Source: Takakia lepidozioides (taxonomy: Eukaryota; Plantae; Bryophyta). Taken from it: a DNA stretch of 64,000 bases. Positions 1 through 10,694 of this stretch are shown piece by piece. How positions within the stretch are numbered: the first letter of the stretch is position 1; each line of letters begins with the position of its first letter. Below the pieces are notes generated by a model. That model saw nothing but the letters and a program-made list of their open reading frames with translations. It had not been told where the DNA came from and ran no database searches. The position numbers and the translations under genes were made by a program. The stretch lies in assembly GCA_030704615.1 (NCBI GenBank), contig CM060733.1:51646001-51710000 (forward strand), written 5' to 3'.

Positions 1-557
1 TCCATGTCCCCCCAGAGCCAGATCCAGGCTGCCCGCCTGATCCCCCTGAGCCGACACCTTCGTTGGCCTGTGATCCAAGTGCTCCACTTGATCCAGGTCC
101 AACGGGTTGGGATGTCCTGGTTGTAGTCTCAACCTCAGCTGTTGGGTCTACTTCTTCATACTCTTCGTCTTCCAATTTCTTCTTTTTGTTTTCATCCTCC
201 AAAGTCTGCTCTTGGGTTTCTTCTTCACTCATGTAACTCAACTGCAATGGTGTTGGAGAGTCTGAACTCTTCGTTGGCTCTGCCACATCCTCTCCTCCTT
301 CTCCGTCTTCCGTCTCAGAAATTGGAGATCTTGCTTTTGATGTTCAATGCCAACTCTTATCAAAGATTTCTGTCAAATCTTTTATCCAGGGATGTACCTC
401 AGATCTTTCACCTCGTGGTTGATCTTCTTCCTGTACAAATTCCCTTAATCTTTCTTGCAAAGAAAAAGAATGAGTGACATCCAACTCTAGTTCTTCCTGT
501 ATGGGTGATGTACTCTCTGATCTTAATACCAGGGTCGAGCATATGCAATGTAGTATT
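1..557 (-). pseudogene. Acidic, Gly/Ser-rich ORF running off the left edge; unknown (possibly gag N-terminus-like)
   Basis: Manual translation SESTSPIQEELEL...SWH*TSKARSP...EDENKKKKLEDEEYEE...GSGGSGGQPGSGSGG; one TGA (344-346) in ~185 codons. Confidence 0.5.
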
Positions 558-659
558 TACAATGGGACTTTATTTATTACATGCACGATCAAAATTGAGT
601 TATGTCTTCATAAAAGAACCATTGTACCGCCAGAAATTTCATATCTACGAGACTATGGT

Positions 660-1630
660 CTACTCCGTCCTATATACGTCTTTCGGCTTAGGCCAATTGA
701 ATGGCTTGCCCATGAACCAAAGTACTACATGGGTTAATGTGATTATCTCATTCTTGTTGTTGTCGTACAACCTTCGTAGCATTGAATGCCAACAACCTCC
801 CGTAAATTGGTCCTGGAACATACTTTGATCATAATGAGCGCCGCCATTTATTCGTACCGCTATCTTCCCAACGGCAAAGGCCTCCGACGTCATGTCTGGG
901 GGGGGGGGCGTGGTATTCGCATTGAAAACCGATGCAATATCTTTTTCCACCCACCATCTTTTCGCGAGTTCCCGATCCAGCTTATCTTGGTTTTCAAACT
1001 GGTATGGCGAGGCTTTGCGTATGCCCAATGGGGTGGCTAAGCTCCAATCACACACCCCAATCTTGATCTCATCGTTGTCATCTGGAAAATGCAACAAGAT
1101 GTTGTCGGGGGACAAGTCGTTGTGCATGACACTGTTCTTGTGGAAAGTATCCATGATGCACACCAGTGCCCATGCAAGTTTACTGCGCACTTTCCGGAAA
1201 CGAAGCAAATGATCGCATTCTTGGAACTCTGCTTCCGTTCCCCTTTGTTCTAAAATCACCCTGCTGTCCGAATCGTTGTCCCATTTTCTGTCAAGGTTCA
1301 TCATGTCGCGTATTGTCCCCCCATTCCACCAGCGAGTGTAACCCTCTATCTCACGTGCATTCATAGCAAATACGAGATAACACCCGGATGCTGGAACTTC
1401 ACTGCCAAACACTCGGCGTTATGTTGTCTCAACGCCTTTTCTGGATTTTTGGACTTGGGTTTTTTTCCCGCTAGCTCCCAACGCTCCGGTATTCTAGAAT
1501 CGCCAACAATCCTATAGTGACGGACCTTAGCATACCCTCCTTCTTTGTAAGGGCCAATCTCTACCACCTTTGCACTAGAGTCCAAGTAATAAAGACCAGT
1601 TGTGCCTCCCCCGCCCGATGACCCCGCCAT
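660..1630 (-). pseudogene. Protein kinase domain, intronless, one frameshift near 1375, inside the retrotransposon
   Basis: ORFs 1361-1762 and 660-1412 join to give kinase motifs in order: EGGYAKV, LAGKK, HNAE, HPGVI, WWNGG, HNDLSPDNILL, VCDWSLA, SEAFAVG. Likely ATG at 1630. Confidence 0.85.
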
Positions 1631-1656
1631 CCAAGGGACAACCCTAGTCCGGCGAT

Positions 1657-4600
1657 GTGAATTCTGACTTGCCGGGCAAGCCCAATACTCAACATGCCAC
1701 ATTAACTCAGGTTCGGCGGAGGGCACTCGACCCTCAAATGTTCTACCCTTCCATGTCTTCACATCGGCAGTATATGATTCAATTCCTTCAGAACTTTGAG
1801 CCTCGGACTGGAGTTACTCAGGTGAGGGGAGTAGATATAGAAATTACTCCACAGTACCTACAGCAATTGTTTGATTTGTCATCAGGTCATGTGGATGTGG
1901 ATGAGCACAGGGCAAGATTGCAGATAGGGAATTTGTTCCAAGAAGGGAGAGTCTTTTTGACTCAAGGTTACGCTTGTACCAAAGCCGAGTACCCAGGGTT
2001 CAGAGAAGTTGGCCAAATATTGAACGTTCTGTTTGCCATGAATCAGAACCAACAGTATTTGAGCAGGTCATTCACAGAGGAGATCCTGAAAGCTTTGAGG
2101 GGAGAGGATGTAGCTTGGGCGGAGTTAATGTACAATGGTCTGGTGGATGAGATGAAGAGGTTACAGGGCACTGCTGCTAAGTCTCCGATCATTGTGTCTG
2201 GTCCAGGCATTGCCCAAATCATTCTGGATTCTTGCATACTTGATACTCGGGAACGTAAGGAGATGGGAGTGTTTGAGGCAGAAATCACTGCAATTGAAGA
2301 GCAGGGCTCTTCACATAGTGAGGGTGGACTGGGAGGGCAACAACAGTCTAAGAGACAAAAGCGGGGTATGACTATAGTAGCCAATCCAGTGGCTTCACGG
2401 AAACCGCAAGATAATGTTTCCCAAGCTCTTGTGCAGGATGGGGCACAGCAGCACATAGAGCTGTTATTATTGGAAGCACGGCCCTCGGAGAGGGAAGAGG
2501 AAGTCACTTCGATACCACAGCCACCACAACCAATTGACTCAGTTGTTTTAGAGGTTCCATAGTTAGTACATGCTGTGACATCACCCCCAATTGCTCTGGA
2601 AGGAGAAAGGCTTGGACATTCCCACTACAGAGCAGGTCGTGGCCGAAATTGAGAAGGGTGACCTTCTCTATGAAAACTCTGGCTTGGTAAGGGAATCAGT
2701 GATTCTAGAGGTGCAGCGGTTGTCGAGGGAAAACCCTGCTGTGCATGTAATACCCACACCTGTGACGGAGATACCAGGGGTAGAATATCAGGACACTGCA
2801 GCACCTGTGGAGGATGAGGTGGTTCAGGAAGAGAATCTGGTGGGGCAATGGCCTGAATGGTTGGTGAGGCATCACACTGTGGATGATCAGGGAGAACAAC
2901 AGCAAGTTCACCATGATGACCCTCAGCAGGCCATGTTATGAGTTCCATAAGCAGAACACTTAATTTGTTGGGCACTTATGTGAAATCCCATGTTCCATCT
3001 ACCCAATTGGCAGCTTTGAGGGAGGAACTCAGGAAGGAGTTTGAGGCTCGAATTGCCACTGAATGTGCTAACAAGGTGGATGAGGAGGTCAATCTCAAGT
3101 TACAGCAAGAGTTGGAGGACACAAAGGCTGCTTTGCAGTTGGCCAAGGGACATTTGATTGAAGCAAGCCTCGAGCAGGACCAGTTGCATGAAGCACATAA
3201 GCAACAGTTATACCAAATGCAGGTGAAGCATGATGGCAAGTTGCAAGAAGTGAATGTACTACATACAGAGTTGCAGGCAGTACATTAGAAGATGACCATA
3301 CAATGTGCTACACTCACAACTACTCTTGAGCAAACTGCATTAGAAGTTAACAGACAAGGGGAAAGATGTATGAAGGCAGAAGCAGAGATGATAGAGCAAG
3401 CGAAACTCATTGTTGATATGAAGAATACAATCTGTCGCAATGAGAATATTTTCAAACAATACAGACAAGTTGAGGCTGACCAGGGGAGGTACATCCTGGA
3501 GTTGCAACAAACAGTCATGGTCAATAGAAATGAACTCTTTGTGGCTAACAAGGCTTGGAAGGAAGCCAATAATCTGGCTGCTGCCTATGCGAGTTTGGTT
3601 GAACCTCATGCGAAGCGCATGGAGGCTTTACAGCAGCAGTTAGATGTGTACAGACTCACGAAGGAGCAGACTCTCAGGGGTGCCACACACGACTTGGTGG
3701 ATAATCACCTTATGCAGGTCTGGTTAGCACAAGGGCCGGTGGAAGGCAAAGCACCACGGAAGTTCACCCAGGGCGAGATGAATGAGCTCAGACTGCAGGT
3801 GCAGAACATTGCCACAAATACTATAGACAATGTCTATAGTAGGATAGCGGAGCTATAGGAGGATGTAGAAGGCCTGCAGACTCAGGTGGATGACCTGAGT
3901 TCAAATATTGACAAGAGAGTCTTTGTACCTGAGGAGTAGCTGATGACTACTTATTTACATGCCAGGACTCTAATTTTTCAGTCTTCTTTGCAAGGGGTGC
4001 AGGAGATGCCAGTGGTAGAAGGGCCAGTGGTACCAATACCACAACAAGTGACTGTGCAGGTAGCTGACCCTATTGTTACTACAGCCACACCATAGCCTGA
4101 GGTATGGGGGGATGCTGCTTTTAACCCACCTAAGACTCCTGCTGCACGGGAGTACAGTCGGGCTATGATTATGTCCTTCAACCAAATTCCCATTGTGTTG
4201 GATTTGGCTTGGAAGGAATTTCGTCCTCCGCAGTCGTTGGCACATTACTACCAGATCATGTGCATTTGGCTACCAGTGGCAACTAGGACTAAGGTTCTTC
4301 CGAACAATCAACGCATTGAGGATCATCACTTTGCGAGGTACTGGTCTGAAATAGGTACCATGTTGAAGGAATTAATTGCCTTCCAAGTTGTACATGGGTA
4401 CATTTATACCAAGACCAAGGAGGTATCAAGTATTGTCATGGGTTGTGGATTATACTATGCTGCATGTTTTTTGGCACGTTATCACATTGAGCAGCAGAGG
4501 ATGCAATCCCGATTTCTGAGTTATTCCAGTGGGGATCATTGGGTCTTACCTTCAGTGCCACCTCATATGTACCTATATGATGCAAAAGTTATGATGCAAA

Positions 4601-5007
4601 AGGATTCCCAACTTCGTTCATGGTTTCATTCGGCTTGGAACAATTTGACAACACAGAAATTTGGCCCTGAGGATATTTTCTTTAAGGGACATGAGGCATG
4701 GAAATACTTACACTGTTCCAAAGTCATTGGCACACCTCTTACCTATACAGATAAGGAGTTGAGGACGTTCACTAATTTTGCTTGCCAGCGCTTACAACAA
4801 GTTATACAATTTAAACTTCCAGATATGGTCGGACCACATTGTATGCCACACAGGATTCCACTTAAAGTTCGGCCGTTAAAACACTTAAGGGGAGACGAGG
4901 ATTCTGATACTACTGTTTCTTCAGCGGACTCTTTTGACATGGCAGAGGACTATGCACGTCAGATGGCAGAGAAGAAACGACGGGGATCTTACCTCGTTAT
5001 CAGCTAA
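1657..5007 (+). pseudogene. Long retrotransposon accessory ORF (~1100 codons reconstructed): env-like/plant-transposon-protein-like N-terminus, coiled-coil middle, aromatic-rich C-terminal domain
   Basis: ORFs at 1657, 2938, 3292 and 4165 share one frame broken by TAG at 2560, 3286, 3856, 3937, 4093; ~2600-2935 is shifted by compensating frameshifts. YP...FLQNF...VRGVDIEITP...LFDL and VAWAELM resemble Athila/Tat extra-ORF domains. Confidence 0.7.
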
Positions 5008-5171
5008 AGGAGGGTCAGACATTTCCAGGTAGTGCTCAATTATCTCCGTCAACCAGTGACAGGACTCGGGCTCCCACACGGAGTCCTTCACGAGCCTCTC
5101 ACCGTCAGAAGGGTGCTCGCTCACAAAGGTTTGCTAATCCCAAACAGTAAACCGTGAGGACACGGTTTTTT

Positions 5172-5189
5172 GAGAGGGGGAAGGGTAAA
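5172..5189 (+). other. Polypurine tract
   Basis: GAGAGGGGGAAGGGTAAA immediately before TGTTAG. Confidence 0.75.
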
Positions 5190-6028
5190 TGTTAGAGGGT
5201 TGCTTGGGACTTAGACGCTTTTACGGGTTCTGTGGGGTACCCTTAATTTTTGCGCAGACTGAGACCAACAGGAGCCTTAGGGGTGGCAGCAGCAGGCTTT
5301 AGGGGGGTTATACAGCCCGACACAGCTTCACACAGCCAGTCACAGCCGCCACAGCTTCGCACAGTCCGACACAGCCTGACATAGCCAGTCACAGCCCGAC
5401 ACAGCTCGACACAGCTTTACACAGCCAGTCACAGCCCGCCACAGCTTCGCACAACCCGACACAGCCAGTCATAGCCCGACACAGCTTCGCACAGCCAGTC
5501 ACTGCCCGACACAACTTTACACAACCAGTCACAGCTTGGCACAGCTTGACACAGCCTGTCACAATACATGGGGAACAGTTATCATTGATAGGGAACGACT
5601 ATGAGGGAACGACATCTGCAGAGAGAACGTGTTACTTCAGGGATGACGGTTAGTTAGTTAGGTAGTTAGAACAGCTTGCGGGCAGATAAGGAGAGCGGCA
5701 ACGGAAAGAGGATCACTCGAGAGGAAGCGCTTCTTGGTCATGGAGAAGAGGAGATCAGGCAGAGAGCAAGAACGAGAGCACAGAGAAGGAGGAAAGATAA
5801 ACAGTAGATGCTTATATATGCAAAGCTGTAATGAAACTGTAGGGCAGATTAGAGTCACCATGGCATTGGTCTGATACCTGATAAATCATAATCTGATACT
5901 TATTCGATACAATCACACTATGTAGAGAGACATGAGTGAAGCTGTGAAATGAATGCATGATTAACTGGAACTAAGTAGATACTGAAGAAATCTAATGCTT
6001 CAGTATCAGATAAGGTAATTTGATAACA
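5190..6028 (+). repeat. 3' LTR (839 bp)
   Basis: TGTTA...TAACA inverted termini, follows PPT, TATATA at ~5813. Partner LTR not in window. Confidence 0.7.
5312..5561. repeat. 10-bp tandem array inside the LTR (~25 units)
   Basis: Units ACAGCCCGAC, ACAGCTTCGC, ACAGCCAGTC read directly. Confidence 0.9.
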
Positions 6029-6727
6029 TGAAGGCAAGAAGGAATACAAATGGGAAGCACAACCATGATTCACTAGCTGTAGGTCATGACCGATAGTTCT
6101 GAGCGGGCTGAGTGCTTAGAGATAGCCAACTCTTCTATCTTGGAGTTTCCACCTCGGTTAGCGAAGGGATGGGTGAGTAAAAGCCGTTCGACAGCGACTT
6201 ACCGTGCTTGCAAGGTTGGTGGGAGAAGCTTTTTTGGCATGGAGGGCGACACCGAACTATTCAAGAGTGTCCTCCTCCCTCTTGTGTCTGGCTCTACGTC
6301 TGGCACATAGACCGAAAAAGTTCAAATCAGAAATGATGAGGATACCGAGGATAAGCAGATCGACAACGACTTCTCATGTGAGTAAGTCGGCCATGGAAAT
6401 GTCATTCCAGTTTGGGTGCTTGTTCAATTTTGCATACATCAAAATTGCAGTAATAACTTTTCTCATGCTTTGACTTGCAGGAACGACAGCGATGGATCTT
6501 CAGGAGAAACCCCCATTTGTGCTAAGACTGTTTTCGACAGTCCCCTTTCCACTTTTGTGCTTCCTGTCTATGCCGAAGCAATGGCACTTGAAATGGCCGA
6601 GGCTCTATCCCCTGACTTCTTATTGCCCGATCGTAGGAGTAGCCATCGTAGATCCGGAGTTCTGAAATTCTTGGACTTGGATGCAGTGGACGCGGGGATA
6701 CATTGTACCGACTCTGGATCAGACTGA
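6029..6727 (+). pseudogene. 3' end of a decayed spliced gene, probably transposon-borne, interrupted by the LTR element
   Basis: One frame with TAG interruptions, GT..AG intron ~6378-6480, last exon ending ...LDLDAVDAGIHCTDSGSD*. Product not recognised. Confidence 0.4.
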
Positions 6728-7274
6728 ACTTGGCATTTATTTTGTTCAATTTATATCCTATTCGGAACTCATTGAATTCCCTTGCCTCATTGCATTTGTT
6801 CCGGCAGAAAAAAAGGTGATTCAAACAATCTACTCGGATTCAAATGTCAATCTTCATGAATCCATCCCCTCAACCCCTCACACTCATGTCATATCCATTG
6901 TGCATTCATCTATTGTGTATTCATGCATCCTCCATTCAAGAATGTTTTCCACCATTCAACATCCATCCCACATTCATCCATTCGCTTGCATTGTTCCCAC
7001 ATATCCATATATTTCTCATCCACTCTACATTCATCCATCTTGCATTCAATTGTTGCTTTCAGGTGGGGATGACCACGTCCTTTTATTATTTCGTCGAACT
7101 TGTTTCCACGGTTGAGGGTGCTCTTCCGCGGAAATACAGTCTGCTTCTTAATTGGCGCGCGTTGACGTGGCTTTTAAGCTCGATGACGTGGAGTGAGCCC
7201 GGTGACGTGGCGTTCGTTCAAGGTGATGTGGCGTGAGCGCGGCTGCGCTCACGCGCTCACGCCGAGGCATCCCT

Positions 7275-7740
7275 GCAGCAAGCCTGATGCAAAAGGGGAC
7301 TTCGACAATATGGCTGAACGAGATGTGGTGTTTTGGAATGCCATGATTGCAAGGTATGTGCAGCATGGGTATGGGATTAAGGCTTTGGAAACCTAAGAGC
7401 AAATGATGTGGGAAGGGATGAAGTCATTTGTGTTTATAATAAGCATATGCGAGCTTAGCAGCCCTGGGAATGGTCAAAGAGGTTCATGGTGACATTATCA
7501 AAGTTGGAATTGTACCAGATGTCATTCTGAACATTCCCCTGGTGTACATCTATGCTCACCAAGTGTTCAATAGAATCCCTCAACGATCTTTGATCATGTG
7601 GAATATAATGTTGGCAGGATTTACCAAGCATGGGTTGGTAGGAATGCTTTGGAGACTATGAGCAAATGCTACACAAAGGGTTGAAGCCCAACCGCATCAC
7701 ATTTGTTTGTGTTTGCAATGCGTGTGCAAGCCTGGGAGCG
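7275..7740 (+). pseudogene. PLS-class PPR gene fragment
   Basis: FDNMAERDVVFWNAMIARYVQHG, EVHGDIIKVGIVPDV, WNIMLAGFTKHG, KPNRITFVCVCNACASL; stops and frameshifts. Confidence 0.9.
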
Positions 7741-7751
7741 TTCTGTTGTAG

Positions 7752-8539
7752 TGAATATTTTTCTGACCCCAGTCAACGGTGGGACAATCAAGGCAAAAAG
7801 GTGAATTCATGTTGGATTACAGAGAATAGAAGATGCAATTGAGCATATGAACTAGTGTGATAAGTTGACTTGGGTGTTTCCTAGAACAATTTGAGGCTTT
7901 CATTATCAGTTGCTAGCAGCAAGGCAAGGGTGAATGCATGATTTTGGCAGAGGCATGGATAGCTGAAGGAGCAGGGATAGAGTGTAGGTCCAGATTCATC
8001 GAAGAGGGCCGGACTTCAAGCTCCTATTATTCCCTGTAGCCAATAGCTACTAGCAACCTGCATGGATAGATGGTCAATTGGAAGCTGCAGCAGTAGCGGT
8101 GGAATTGATAAATCAGGCACTACTAATGAAGGCACCTTCTTCAACACATTTCACCCTGTTTTTCCTTCTTATCCTGCATGCTAGCTGGTTGACTGAACCT
8201 TTGATAGTTTGGAGTGACTTGACATGATATTGCCAATGTGACAACAGGAAAGTATCCAGAAACAAGTAACAGAGATGAGGAGAAGCTGTGGAATGAATAT
8301 TTTTCTTACCCAATCAATGGTGGGACAATCAAGAAAGAAGGTGAATGTCTTTTTGATTATAGAGAGTAGCAGATGCAATTGAGCATATGAACTAGTGTGA
8401 TAAGTTGAGTTGGGTGTTTCCTAGAATCAATCTAGGCTGTCATCGTCAGCTGCTAGTAGCAAGGCAAGGATGTATGCATAGGCATGGATAGCTGAAGGAG
8501 CAAGGATAGAGTGTGGGTCCAGATTCATCCAAGAGGGCC
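7752..8539. repeat. Diverged direct repeat, 7752-8030 and 8294-8539
   Basis: Shared AGATGCAATTGAGCATATGAACTAGTGTGATAAGTTGA and GGCATGGATAGCTGAAGGAGCA. Confidence 0.9.
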
Positions 8540-8940
8540 AGAAAGAGGTCCATGGTGACATCGTCAAAGCTGGAATTGTACCGGATGTGATTCTGAACAC
8601 TGCCCTGGTGACATGTATGCCAAATGTGGGTGCATTAAGGATGCAAAGGGAGTTTTCAACACTATGGCTAAACGAGATGTGTGTCATGGAACGCGATGCT
8701 TGCAGGGTATGCACAGCAGGCCGGACGTGGTATGGAGGCTTTGGAGACCTATGATCAAATGATGGGGGAAGGGGTGAAGCCTGACCACATCACATTTTTG
8801 TGCATTTGCGATGCATGTGCAAGCCTGACAGCTCTGGAAAGGGCACAAAAGTCCATGGCAACATTGTCAGAGCTGGAATTTTACCAAATGTCATTCTGAA
8901 CAATACCCTTGTGGACATGTACATGCAAAATGTGGGTGCA
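8540..8940 (+). pseudogene. Second PLS-class PPR gene fragment
   Basis: KEVHGDIVKAGIVPDVILNTALV, SWNAMLAGYAQ, VKPDHITFLCICDACASL, NNTLVDMY; frameshifted. Confidence 0.9.
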
Positions 8941-9349
8941 CCCTATCCTGCTGATTTGTTGTTATGCTGGAACAGTAGCAAACGTAGAAAGACATACGCA
9001 TTTTACATCTGTTGCTATATTCAGTGCATATGTAGTCTCCTTTGCACTTTGTCATACTATTGTTTGAGAAGTAGATTTTGGGACTCAGGTGCTATATTGT
9101 AAATTTGACTGGCAGCAGTTTAAGAGAAGCTCTTACATCTACTGTTGTCTTTAAGTGCCTATGTTTTGTCCTTTGCACTTGCTGACTTTGTTCTTTCCTG
9201 TGATTCTTGCTTGTGAATAAAGCATTCATTTGCAGAGTCATTTTTTGTGTCTTTGTTCTTCCATTTGTTCTTCTCTTTGTTTAATATTGAATAATACTAA
9301 CCCTAATCTCTACTAACCCTAATGAGATAAACATAGTTGTGGCTCTGCA

Positions 9350-9890
9350 TGTCCAATACATTTAAAAGTTCAAAACAACCCCTCATATGACACCACGTGT
9401 CCATATATCAATAGTCAGGATCATGACTGCAAGACCTCCTCAATACATGCCACGTGTCCACATATCAGGATGTTTGTAGTCATGACAATGACTGCAAGAC
9501 CTCCTCATTATATGCCACGTATCCATATATTAGCATGGTTGTAGTCAGGATAATGACTGCAGATCCTCCTCATGGATATGCCACGTGGCAGTTTCGAGAG
9601 ACGTCATATGGTGCACATCCACAAAACCTCCTGGACTTATTAGAAAGAGACACGTGTATAGTTTGCAGCAGCACACTAAGTCATGTATGGTAGAAGTACG
9701 TATGACTGCCACATGACAGTGAGATGTATCATTTGGTTCATCTGACTGCAGTCATCCATGACTGATCATACTGTACTCATTGTATTGATTTGGTTTGCAC
9801 GACTTAAAGTCATAGAAGTCATCATATGTACCGTTTATGACTATGGGATAGTCATATATACAGTCAGATATACCGCGATTTGTTGTAGTG
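9350..9890. mobile_element. CACTA (En/Spm) right terminus with subterminal repeats
   Basis: Ends TGTTGTAGTG (9881-9890; reverse complement CACTACAACA) after many ATGAC/GTCAT repeats; the same 10-mer occurs at 7744-7753. Confidence 0.7.
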
Positions 9891-9896
9891 AGTTTG

Positions 9897-10316
9897 TCAA
9901 TTCACTAGACGTAAGAGTATGACCTCCACGTATAACATGGCTGCCAAGGTGTACGAGATTTGACCCTTTAAGAGAGGTTGACCCCACAATGTGCAATGCA
10001 CCTCATTCGCCCTATGCTGGAAATGCAAGTTCGTGCAAGACCTGGACTCTGCATAATTATTCTGGGTTTGTACGTCATGCCTATCCAAAGGCCACAATCG
10101 ATTGATGTAATACCATTTCACGATTTTTTTGCATCTCGCCATCGGCCACCGGAACTCTTCCGGAATATCCTCCCAGCCTTATTCTGCTAGTATGCTAGGG
10201 TCACCATATACTTCCCAATTCAAGTCTTGCCTTGACCATTTGATTTTCTTAGGGGGCGGTCCATGTTCATTGGGGTCATCTCTTCCATGACGGTCATCGT
10301 CCTGGCCATCTGCCAT
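9897..10316 (-). pseudogene. Unknown ORF next to the hAT repeat array, ending at the CACTA terminus
   Basis: MADGQDDDRHGRDDPNEHGPPPKKIKWSRQDLNWEV...AE*GWEDIPEEFRWPMARCKK...; one internal TAA in 140 codons; NLS-like PPPKKIK. Confidence 0.5.
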
Positions 10317-10694
10317 TCTGCAACAATCGGAGCAACACTAAACAAGGTTTTCTAAAAAGATGTAACTCTAAACCCTTCCCTCGTTAAGTAGGTTTGAGTA
10401 GGTGTCAAAATAGTTCCTAAAAGCTAATTTTGTAGAATAAAATAATTCTGGAAGCCAGAGGAGGGCCTATGGGAGCATTCTGCAACGACCTCACAGAAAT
10501 CGCGGCAAAAAATACCCCCCACCCAACCAATGGCCTCCTTCTCCACGTGACTACGTGTTGTGGAATAATGAAATGCCACGCGCACAAAAGTTGTGTGGAG
10601 AGGAAGTGAGGGGAGAATAAGCCTCCATTGGCTTATATCTCTCTCTCTCCCCCCCTCTTCATTCCTCGGGCCACGTGTAGCGCGAATCTTCTAG

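Larger units (their letters stand above)
1..6028 (+). mobile_element. 3' part of an LTR retrotransposon (probably Ty3/gypsy) with a >5 kb accessory region; 5' part outside the window
   Basis: GAGGACACGG-T6 motif and polypurine tract (5172-5189) directly followed by an LTR with TGTTA...TAACA ends (5190-6028); decayed ORFs on both strands upstream. RT/integrase not visible. Confidence 0.75.

Noticed and set aside
1657-5007. Five separate genes or programmed readthrough
   Set aside because: A shared frame and TAG-only stops fit one decayed ORF better.
7060-7273. GC-rich GTGAGCGC/GCGCTCAC hairpin as a transposon end
   Set aside because: No partner end or TSD in the window; superfamily not assignable.
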